Positions 1-9,886 of a stretch of DNA of 55,303 bases are shown here, piece after piece. The position numbers were made by a program, and so were the translations under genes. Each line of letters starts with the position of its first letter. The first letter of the stretch is position 1. The stretch covers positions 1-55,303 of the forward strand of contig LXFE01003037.1 in assembly GCA_001929475.1 (NCBI GenBank). Reading direction: 5' to 3'. A model generated the notes under the pieces. It was not told the origin of the DNA. It did not search any database and saw only the letters and a program-made list of their open reading frames with translations. Source of the DNA: Neolecta irregularis DAH-3 (lineage: Eukaryota).

Positions 1-66
1 TCACGATAAGAAAAGATTGCTGGAGCCAAGGATTTTTGAATTGACGAAAAGGAGTTTTTGAGAGTG
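1..66. repeat. 66-nt terminal direct repeat, copy 1 (identical to 55238-55303)
   Basis: tcacgataagaaaagattgc...ggagtttttgagagtg is present at both ends of the window. Confidence 0.97.
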
Positions 67-849
67 GAGGCCTTGGAAATAGTTTTTAATAGCCGTTTCT
101 TCAACTGACGTTTAGCAGTGAGTGATATAGACGGGGACCTTGATCTTTTGGAAATCGGAGGGGCTGCTCAGAGATGGCAGAGTAGCCGGGGGAGTGTCTG
201 ATGCAAAGGAAGAAAGAACACAGCCGAGCTCGGTATCTTGATGGTTCGATACAGCCCACTGGCCGGCGGATATGCGCTGAACAGCTGTGCGGGCAGCCTC
301 TGCATCTGCTGGGCTGAAATGGGAGCTAAACATATCGCAGCCTGCACGTTACCTACAGTCCGGGACAGCCATACAATCGTGACTATGGCTCTCACTGTCG
401 GTACCACGACTATGGCTCTCACTGTCCATACCGCGACTATGGCTCTCACTGTCCATACCGCGACTATGGCTCTCACTGCCGGAATCATCGCTCACCACAT
501 TGCGCACTTCTGGAGCCTCCGCCGAGTGCTCTGAGCAGCCGGCACCCGGGTCTTGTGCCGCGAGGAGCGCGACCAAAGCCTGGCAGGCCTCGCGGGCGGT
601 GGAGGCGGAGTCGTCCATGGGCGTCCTGCGGCCCCGGCACCCGGCGATATGGCGTATATGCGCTGCCGCGGGCGTATACAGCAGGCGCTGCGTATATGCT
701 GTGTATATGCACTGCGAGCACTTTGCGATTATCTGCCGCAGCAGCGCAGGGCGGCTGCTGCCCGTGGCGCCCGCCCGCCGCCTCCCTTTGTCGCCCGCTC
801 TCCCTCCCTTGCTCCCTCTCCCGCCCCAATCGCCCGCCCCCGCCCTCCC
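1..849 (-). CDS. UTP25: 5' part of U3 snoRNA-associated protein 25; continues into the 3' part at the other window end
   Basis: Minus-strand reading ...KIK|intron|[35 protein letters not shown] runs through the 66-nt overlap into the UTP25 exons at 53754-55303. Acidic/Ser-rich N-terminus. First ATG at 618, but the frame stays open (Gly/Arg-rich) up to the N gap, so the start is uncertain. Confidence 0.75.
381..478. repeat. 27-nt coding tandem repeat, about 3.6 copies
   Basis: Unit gactatggctctcactgtccataccgc starts at 381, 408, 435 and 462; encodes DSESHSRG(M/T) on the minus strand. Confidence 0.95.
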
Positions 850-859
850 NNNNNNNNNN

Positions 860-1114
860 AAGGCCTTGTAAATAGTTTTTAATAGCCGTTTCTTCAACTG
901 ACGTTTAGCAGTGAGTGATATAGATGGGGACCTTGATCTTTTGGAAATCGGAGGGGCTGCTCAGAGATGGCAGAGTAGCCGGGGGAGTGTCCGGTGCAAA
1001 GGAAGAAAGAACACAGCCGAGCTCGGTATCTTGATGGTTCGATAGAGTCCACTGGCCGGCGGATATGCGCTGAACAGCTGTGCGGGCAGCCTCTGCATCT
1101 GCTGGGCTGAAATG
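860..1114 (-). repeat. Second, slightly diverged copy of UTP25 segment 67-321, lying between two N gaps
   Basis: Aligns ungapped to 67-321 (offset 793) with about 7 substitutions. Confidence 0.92.
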
Positions 1115-1124
1115 NNNNNNNNNN

Positions 1125-1331
1125 GTCGACTGAGAAGCATTTTCCCGCACACTGTTCTGTTGCTGTATATTCATCTACACCATGTGTGAATACCGAACTG
1201 CTGTGTATATGGCCTTCAAGAGAAAAATTGACTTGCTCAAAAAGCTCTGGGATTTCGCTGAAATTCTCGAGATATTTTGCAGAGCAGACAAGAGGATAAA
1301 GTGCAATCAAACACAGGAGCTTAGAGAACAT
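1125..1331 (-). CDS. 5' fragment of a putative secreted protein, truncated by an assembly gap
   Basis: ATG followed by signal-peptide-like MFSKLLCLIALYPLVCSA; frame open to the N gap at 1124. Confidence 0.4.
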
Positions 1332-1371
1332 GTTTTGGAATAAATCTTTGTGGAGAGATGATTGATTTTAT

Positions 1372-1758
1372 AGAAAATCTGGATAAGCATGAAAGGGGCG
1401 AATTATGTTTTTGATCCAGTCGATTTTAAGTGGTTTGCATCTGGCAGGGACTCAGACAAGCCCTCCCCACAGCGCCCAAGTCAATCACAAGGGACAACAG
1501 TACATAGGAAGCGCAGGAGTCAGCTTGGCAAGATCGAGGGGCCACAAGTATTGATCCCAGAGGAAAGTAATGGGATCAAATATACCAATAAATTGGTCTT
1601 GATTGTTGATACACAAAGATACTTACACCAACTATTGAGTGATAATATCAACCGTATCCAGGATTCGCGCCTTTTGTATGCATCAATTTGCAGAGCGGTG
1701 GACTCGACAGAAAATCTGGATGATCATGAAAGAGGCGAATTATATTTTTGATCCAGTC
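1372..1758. repeat. 50-nt imperfect direct repeat pair (1372-1421 and 1709-1758)
   Basis: agaaaatctggat...catgaaag.ggcgaattat.tttttgatccagtc, 46/50 identical. Confidence 0.9.
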
Positions 1759-2195
1759 CGGTCTCTCGCCAGGCTCGCTATACACGATGACGACCACCTT
1801 TATTGCAAATATCAAACAATCAACCCTAAACCGTCTCATCTCGCTCCTCACCCTCCAGGATGCGCGTCTGCTACCAAGAATCGCTAGATGACTTTGTTAC
1901 CCAGGTTTCATTATGGCAGTCTTACAATTTCAACCTCTCGCCCAAAGTCATCCCCTCTTAAAACCAGCAGACGTAATCAAAAATGTTTCCGTCGTGTTCT
2001 GCGCCATCGTGGCTCTCGTCGAGCCGTCCCCAGATGGACAACAAAAATTTATGGTTCTCATTTTATTCAGCGAGCCCTGAAAACTATGGTATCAAATCAT
2101 GTCCAAGACCTTCCATGGAGGCAGGGGGTTCTCTGCTGCCCAATATTTGAGTAACCGGTTCATGTTCAGTTGAGGAAATCTCGCAAGTCCTCGAG

Positions 2196-2645
2196 GTTAG
2201 GATTAGGGTTAGGCGGGAAAGGCGCGTGAGACAGGCAAGGCAATCAAATCAGGCGAATGGGAGAGGCGGGCGAGACGGGTGGGAGATGCGAGAGAGGCGT
2301 GTAAGACTGGCCGGCAAAGCACGTGAGGCAGGCGAGGCGGGCGGGACGGGAGAGCGAGACGGGAGCGGGGGGGACGGGATAGACAGGCGGGAGAGACAGA
2401 AAAGGCAGGAGAGACGGACGGGCAGGTCGTGTAAGGCGAGCTGGACGGGCGGGATGGGAAGGCTGGCACGAGCGGGACAGGAGGGCGGGCAGGACAAGCT
2501 GGGGAGAGACGGGTGGGAGAGGCGGGTGAGGCTGGCAGGTAGGACAGCCTGGGGCGGAATAGGCGGGTGGGAGAGGCAGGAGACGACCGGCAGGAGATGA
2601 CCGGCAAGGTGCGTGGGGCGCGCGGGACGGGCAGGTGAGGCGTGC
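2196..2645 (+). repeat. G/A-rich low-complexity tract starting with telomere-like units
   Basis: ttagga-ttaggg-ttaggc at 2197-2214, then recurring gagacgggtgggaga / ggcggg / ggcagg motifs with strong G strand skew. Confidence 0.8.
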
Positions 2646-2910
2646 AATCAACCAAGGGCCTTGGATTGGGATTGATTGATTGATGGACGCACTGTTGAGG
2701 TTTCTGAGAGGTGGGTTATCGAATACCCCATATCGATTTAAAAGCTTATCAGCCCATTCTTTATAGTTCACAGTATCTGTAACAGAATTACTAGCCACGA
2801 CACTTTAAACGACATGGATATTGACCCAATTGTATTTAGTTAATATCGCCCAAACGAACCATTTAATTTTTCAACCTTGAATTTGCAATCATACGTCAAG
2901 TATTCACGCC

Positions 2911-4425
2911 ATGAATGCAGTTATTTCTGAACCCCGTCTGCTTTCCTTTTCACGAGCAGTGACATGTTTATCTAAATTGGGCGATGAATTGGCTTTCGAA
3001 GCGAAGAGGGGCAAGGTCAGATCTCGCGATCTTCCCCATCGCCAGGTCTAAACCGTTCTGACAGCATTAAAAGCTCGTCTTGTCAGCACTCAATTCCTCT
3101 AAATCTGCATTTGGAAAAATCGTACTGCAATCGGATAAATATTTTGAAAAGTATGAGGTAACAAAACGGGACACTACGGCCAGTAATTCAGATCCTTCAT
3201 TTCGATGCAAATTATTTGTCAAAGCAAATTCCCATCCCCCTCCACTCATTCTCACTGAAATAGCCTCTGGTCTCTATATTTAGGGCCAAGAATATTGAAA
3301 GTCGTGAAAAGAAGGATACGTCTGTTGAAAAATGCGAAATAATTATCGAAACCGAAAGTGAGAATGCTTTAGAAAGTAGACTTATCGTTCGGTTAATTTG
3401 TAGACATGGTATTGACACCATTTCTGCTAATCTTTTGGTTAAATAGCAGGTGTTGTCAAGACTTATAAACTCGCATATGAAGTATGTCAAACAATGCACG
3501 CGATCTGCGATAAAAATGTCTGCAATAACACATGCACGATCAACGCAAAAGCTCTCAAAGAATACGTGGACCATTTTGCATTAAAAGCCGAAGAACTCAA
3601 TATCTGCGTCACTGGTTCAAAAGTCGTCTTCACTAGTTTCACAGAACAAATCCAGAGTGATAAAGGTAGTCTATCTATTTGATGTATTTTTACATTAACA
3701 GAGGTTATAAAGCAGCCGTTACATACTGTAATTTCACTAGACACGTCTGAATTTGAAACCTTTTCGATTCAAGATAACGCTCAAATTACTTTTGTCCTCA
3801 AAGAATTTCGGGTAACTCTCAACTGATTACAACTAACCAACCAAGGCAATCGTTCAACTCGCAGAACTGCTGAACGTCAATTTAGATTGTTATTTTACAA
3901 AGGGGGGAAAACCTGTTCTCTTTGAATTTAATAATAATGGACTTTTCGCAGAATTCATACTGGCTACGATATCTGATCAGAATAATCCAACTCAAACTAC
4001 AACAAGTAATACTGCAATGTCAAATATTCAGGAAGGAACACAATCGATGGGATCTGTGCTTTCTTCAAACCGAGAAGAACGCCAACGAGTGATGTCGGAC
4101 GTGCAAGACATAGATAGGCAAGAGAAACACGATTACCAAATGGAGCCTAGAGAGATGGACGTAATTCCTGAATACGGCCCAGAAGATCATACCAACGGCG
4201 ATCTAGGATGGGATCTAGATAATCAGGCATGAATCAGTCTTAGATTCGTAGTTAATGGTATAAGAATCCTGGCACAGAGCCCGTAAAATTCGGAGAAGAA
4301 GTCCAGAGAATTGATGAAGACGAAGATATGGAGCAAGATGAAGTTGGACCGACTCAGCTTTCTCAGGTTTCAACGACAATTAGATCCTGTCTGACAATTT
4401 CCAGGCTCGCGGATTGTTTGACTAG
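2911..4425 (+). CDS. rad9: 9-1-1 checkpoint clamp subunit Rad9 (multi-exon)
   Basis: MNAVISEPRLLSFSRAVTCLSKLGDELAFE..., LSALNSSKSAF, ITFVLKEFRAIVQLAE, acidic tail ending GPTQ...RGLFD*. Confidence 0.9.
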
Positions 4426-4568
4426 TTTTTTTTTACATTATTATCCATTGGAAGTGCAAAGGAAAAGGAGTCCTTGAGGACAGACCCACAAATATGTGAG
4501 GGGTTGATAGTGGTGTAGCGAATAAATCTTGCCTTGACCGTGGTTCTCCATTCCATCTTCACTACACT

Positions 4569-4886
4569 ATGTCGAGAGTATATTCTTTTCTCTCCGGCGT
4601 ACTCGTCTCGTCAGCACTAGCATATACTTCTATCACATCTATAGGGTTATCAACAACAAACCTCTCAAAGGATCTGTACCGGCAAATATCACTCCTAGAC
4701 CAGATCGATTCGGAATCACCAACATCACAGTCGTCGCCTAAATTTGAGGAGCGCATTTTTTCAGATACTGTTAAAGATCTATGGAATACAGAGTTTGAGA
4801 AAGGCGTTCGGTGGTTTTATGAAGCCGATTTTTCGGGCAAGACATTCGATGCTGCACGGACAGTCAGTGATTGGTTTTCTCGATAG
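4569..4886 (+). CDS. MIC12: MICOS subunit Mic12/Aim5-like protein
   Basis: N-terminal TM segment and DTVKDLWNTEFEKGVRW motif; 105 aa. Confidence 0.7.
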   Translation: MSRVYSFLSGVLVSSALAYTSITSIGLSTTNLSKDLYRQISLLDQIDSESPTSQSSPKFEERIFSDTVKDLWNTEFEKGVRWFYEADFSGKTFDAARTVSDWFSR

Positions 4887-5222
4887 ACAAGCTTGGAATA
4901 GTGTATGTACGGGATAGGAGGAAACTGTGCTAATGCTGTTGATCGTATCTAATCGAATTTTTTACATCTCAGATTTCACGGTGTAGAAATCCGAAACAAC
5001 TCGTTGCGTTATATTAGACTGGACCTGATAGAAAAGCCTCATCGTGCTTTTTTTCTTGTCTAATACAATCCTTGATTGAAATAACGCTTAAATGACATTA
5101 TTAACAGGAACAACAAAGAACGAGAACAATTTCCTATATACAATGTCTCACATCCCTTCCATTATCTCAAAGGCTTGAAAAGATATAAGCTAGGGTCATC
5201 CAAGGATAAATATATTCTATAA

Positions 5223-6026
5223 ATGCCTTATATCACTGTTCATGCGGCTCCGAAGAAAAGATATGTTCGTAGGTCAACTGGTATTCCGCCACTGGAGAGT
5301 ATTGTCGAAGAAATAGCACCATCACCGAAACCCTCTCCACTATTACTTATATTAAATGAATTACAAGCCCTCCGTCAAGAACAGAAACGAGCCAATGAAG
5401 AGATTAAAATGTTACGAGAAGCAGCGGAAAGTCAACCAATTCCAACAGTCATTGTTTCTCGCGCAATGCTTCGTCAGCCACGGGTTTTTAGTGGCTCTCG
5501 GAACGTTATCGCAGTGTACGAATGGGTACATTCAGTCAATGACTACATCAGACTCTCCCAAATGGAGGAGGCCGATCAGTTGTTATTCGCTTCGACATAT
5601 TTGGATGGACCCGCTCGGATTTGGTTCGACCTCAATTATCGAGAGCTAGCTTTGAGAAATACCATCGCCTGGGAGGAGTTTAAAACAGCGTTTGTGAATG
5701 CATGGAAACCTATTAATTACAAATGGGATCTGTGGATTCAGTGGGAAGATATCAATCTGATAGGGAGTGTTCGCGAATTTGGAAACTCTCTCAATAATAT
5801 CCGTAACATGAACAATCTTTTCAACCCATCTGGAAAGATAGACCAACTCGAGCTTCTTGGTCGTCTAAGACATGGGATAAAAAGCCGTTATGGCCACTTT
5901 GATGACTCCAAATATAATACATTCGACGAAATCGTTGCAGCCGCTGATAATCTGGAAAGACAGGAAAGGAATATAGATGCACTAAAGGAAAATCCCAAAG
6001 TCCTTCGAAAGTCAGGGCGAAAGTAA
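5223..6026 (+). CDS. Stand-alone Ty3/gypsy retrotransposon Gag (capsid)-domain protein
   Basis: PRVFSG...VYEWVHSVNDY...ASTYLDGPARIWF...WEEFKTAFVNAW...GSVREF...RHGIK...TFDEIVAAA match Retrotrans_gag capsid hallmarks; uninterrupted 267 aa ORF. Confidence 0.85.
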   Translation: MPYITVHAAPKKRYVRRSTGIPPLESIVEEIAPSPKPSPLLLILNELQALRQEQKRANEEIKMLREAAESQPIPTVIVSRAMLRQPRVFSGSRNVIAVYEWVHSVNDYIRLSQMEEADQLLFASTYLDGPARIWFDLNYRELALRNTIAWEEFKTAFVNAWKPINYKWDLWIQWEDINLIGSVREFGNSLNNIRNMNNLFNPSGKIDQLELLGRLRHGIKSRYGHFDDSKYNTFDEIVAAADNLERQERNIDALKENPKVLRKSGRK

Positions 6027-6143
6027 AGCACATTTTGTTATATATAAAGCGCGTTATCACAGAATCTTTGGAGGTTTTTTTCGACCTAGACTTGACCCCA
6101 AAATATTGTAACAAAATGACATCCCTGACGTTCAGTTGAGCCC

Positions 6144-8507
6144 ATGTCCCTTGAATTTGTTGTCTGCGGCCCACCAGTGCTTCCTAAACCAACAAAGCCC
6201 AGTCCAGTAGTGGATATCACCTTTACACTGAGGAAGATCTTTAGAAAAGAACACTTTCGAGGCTGCCAGCAGAAAATTATTGAAGCTGCACTTCTCGGTA
6301 TCAAGTTCACAACCACGCCGCAAGAGATATTCTGACCTTTCCAGGACATGATGTGTTTGTCATTGCCCCGACAGGGATGGGAAAAAGTCTGTGCTACCAG
6401 CTTCCTGCAGCAGCATCGGCTCAGGGCGTATGCCTAAGCGCCCAAAACACGCTTACTTAACTAAAAAGATAACAATTGTTGTGAGTCCATTGCTCTCTTT
6501 GATGGGTAATCAAGTGGATCTATTACGGAAGTCGAACATCAAAGCAGCAACACTGAACTCGTCAATCACGTTTCAAGAGCGTAAAGCGGTATATATTACC
6601 AGACAAACCCAACTAAATGCTTAGATTTTGGACGATCTTGCTTGTGGCCGTCCTCAAAATCGGCTGCTTTATGGTAATTTATCGTTTCACACTTTTCTTA
6701 TCGTCTAGTTACCCCAGAATTATGCGCAACCCAACCTTTCCGAAGATCTGTTTCTGTTATCCATTCTCAGGGCGAACTCAATCGATTCGTAATCGACGAA
6801 GCACATTGTATATCAGAGTGGGGACATGATTTTCGTAAAGATTTTAAATTGCTCTATTATTTCAAGCAGGTTTTCGAATAGATGATCTTGATTTTCTAAG
6901 CTTCAGACTTACCCAGACATTCCAGTTATGGCGTTGACCGCTACAGCTACGGATCGCGTGATACAAGATGTCATTTCAATCCTTCGATTACCCAAACCGC
7001 CAAAGTTGAAACTATTTACACAGTCTTTCAATCGACAAAATCTATATTATGAAGTTCGATTCAAGAATGACAATTACGATCAATATCAAGACTTTCGCAA
7101 CTTTATCCTTTCTGTTTATGATCGTCGCAAAGTCAGACTGTCACAGCCTGAGAGTCAGCTACAATCTACAGATAGAATTAGTGGAATTATATACTGTGGA
7201 AAACGACAAACTTGCGAAGAGGTTGCGAAACGCCTTTGTACCGATGGCCTTCAAGCTATGCCATATCACGCAGGCCTTCCACCTAAAACCCGTGAATCAA
7301 CAATGAACAAATGGGTTGAAGGAGGTCATGGAGTTGATATTATAGTCGCTACGATTGCGTTTGGAATGGGTATAGACAAGGCTGATGTAAAAGTTGTATT
7401 TTCAACGTCATTCACGCATACAGGTACGATTTGTGGTTCATTGGGAAATGTCAAAAAGTGTTGAGGGTACCTTGTTGAATTCAAAGTTGGTCCAATATTT
7501 TAGCATACTACCAGGAATCTGGTCGGGCCGGTCGGGATGGCAAGGCGGCTCGTTGTATCTTGTATTACTCGAGGTATTATTCGTTATTTTTATACATTTA
7601 AACATTCAGGGATGATAAAGATCGCATCGAATATCTTCTCGGACAGGATGGTAACAACAAAATAGGACAAGTCTCTGGATTAAAGCAAGGCTCGGAAAGA
7701 TTTGCTGCGGTAAAAATATTGCTGCGTCGACACTAATTTCCAGCTCACCAAATACTGCGAAAATCTAACTGAGTGCCGACATGTCATTATATGTAAATAT
7801 TTCGGAGAGATTGTACCTCAAGAAAAATTAAGTTCATATTGCGATCGTGCTTGCGATATTTGGTCAGTTCACTTCATTGTATCTCATAGAGCTAATCCTG
7901 CAACAGCCGAAATCCAGATAAAGTTAGGAATCTCAAGGCGTGTGGTTTATTCCAGAGAACTACGACAAATCCAATAAAACTGGTTTCTAAAGAGGGAAAT
8001 GCAGATCGACTTGTTGCGAGAGACGGTAACGAATATCGAGAAGCCGGTGATTCAAACGGTCGCATCACGTTGAAACGTCCGACAATCGTGAGCGAAGACA
8101 CTTTACGAAGCGAAGCTGCTGAACGACGGCGATATCTCTTCGGTAAATCCACTCTGTCCAATGACCCACCTACGACAGAACACTCATTAAATAAGGCGGG
8201 TCTAAAATTGAGGGAAGCTATTCGTGTTCAATATAACAAGTCCTTACGCAATGCTCCGTTAACTACATGGATAAAACTTGGGCTTTCAGAAGCCCAAGCT
8301 AATGATCATGACGCAGTTGCCTTTCTTCTTGTGGATATCTCTCAAGCATTAGAGGAAGATGTTTTCCGAAGGGATGTCACCGCCCACGTATACAGAAATG
8401 CCGCATCTGCTAGGCTGCTTTCACTGAAAAAACTTGCTGCTGGGTTAAGTTTTGCAACAGAGATTGTAGAAGTGATTACAGGCGTGATAGGTAACTTGAA
8501 GAGCTGA
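6144..8507 (+). CDS. RecQ-family DNA helicase, RecQ5-like architecture (multi-exon)
   Basis: [62 protein letters not shown] Zn motif CRH..YFGE..C..CDI. Confidence 0.9.
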
Positions 8508-8650
8508 CTCGACGTTTATTGGTCCTTAGGGCATAACTACAGAAATAGTCGCGAGCATGATAGGAAACTTGAAAAATACTCCAGATTTGTTCTTGCTAGT
8601 AATATATGATAACCTAGGAGGCAGTCGAGTGTTCATTCCCTTTATGGGTC

Positions 8651-9767
8651 TTATAATTTACCTTTATTGATAACGAAATGCTCCAAAGCAGCAATCGTAG
8701 TCCACAAGCGATTCTGCGCTTCTTGAAATACCAAAGAGCGCGGGGAATAGAATACCTGAATCATCAATGAAATGTGTAAATCATGGTGTGCTCACTTCAT
8801 CTGTCACTTCCTCTTGTTTTCGCGGAAGGCAGTGCATAAACTTCCAATTTTTGCTTGCTCCAGCTTTTTCAGCAAGCTCGAGCGTCACTTGAAATCCAGC
8901 AAACTCTTTCAGTCTCTTTTCTTTTTCCATCTCTTGGCCCATTGATATCCTAGTAGTTAGGCGAGTGAGAGGAAAAAAAGAGTGATGCCAGGTATCGGTT
9001 ACCAAAACGTCCGCAGCGGCAGCTGCAATGAGCGGATCATGACTGACTTGGATTTTTGATCCGCTATCAATTGCGCTATCTTGCGCGATTTTGAGGATCT
9101 CTGGGTTTAAAGGATAATTCACAGGTGTGGCAACGCCCATATGGATGCCGCTCATGGCACATGCAATCACCAAGTCATGGAGAACATTGTTAGCATCTCC
9201 AATCCAAGCGAGTTTTCGGCCTTTAACATCGCCAAAATGTTCCTTCATTGTCATAATGTCAGCCAATGCCTGCAACGGGTGCCAAAGATCACTGAGAGCA
9301 TTTATAACAGGTACGGACGAAAATTTTGCTTAGCGATTATTTAGAGAAGCCGGGAAACGATTGTACCAAGATTCTTGATATCGCTGTGTCTGTTGACTCG
9401 AGCGATAATCGCAGAAGTCATGGAAGATATCACAACGGATGTGTCGTGAAGAGATTCATTGGTCTGGCAGTTTGGTAGAGAATCAGGTGAGTCATACTCC
9501 AAGCTGGATATCTTCTTTCCCAAGAAACATTGGATGTCCGCCGAAAAAGGATACAGCACCTTCTGTGGAAACTCTGGTGCGAGTACTGCGCTTGGAAAAA
9601 AGCATTGCAACCGTTTTTCCCCGCAGGGCCAAACGGAGCGCAACATTTGAATCGAGGGCACTAGCCTTGAAATCAATTGCACGGCTGATAATGCGGTTGA
9701 GTTCTTTGGGGGCAAGATCAGCGAACGACAGGAAATGGCGCGGGATGTATCCGGATTTGCATAACAT
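8651..9767 (-). CDS. ARG3: Ornithine carbamoyltransferase
   Basis: KRSTRTR, HPLQALAD, WIGDANNV, TDTW.SMG, FMHCLPR, EAQNRLW. Confidence 0.96.
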
Positions 9768-9886
9768 AGACGAATCGACGCTGGTGGTGAGAGCCGTCGC
9801 TATCGATAAGAGTGCGCCACACCCGTCCGGAATCACACCAGGTGGTCATAACCTCCATCTCATCTCTATTTCCATCCCCTAAGGCC

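Noticed and set aside
381-478. CRISPR-like array
   Set aside because: Units are contiguous with no unique spacers; it is an in-frame coding minisatellite in a eukaryotic gene
894-1331. 145-aa ORF as a single protein
   Set aside because: Crosses an N gap and continues out of frame into the duplicated UTP25 segment
2209-2798. Several overlapping Pro/Arg/Gly-rich ORFs
   Set aside because: Open in multiple frames on both strands because the low-complexity tract lacks stop codons; no recognisable domain
4890-6140. Full-length LTR retrotransposon around the gag ORF
   Set aside because: No paired LTRs or pol visible; host genes flank closely on both sides
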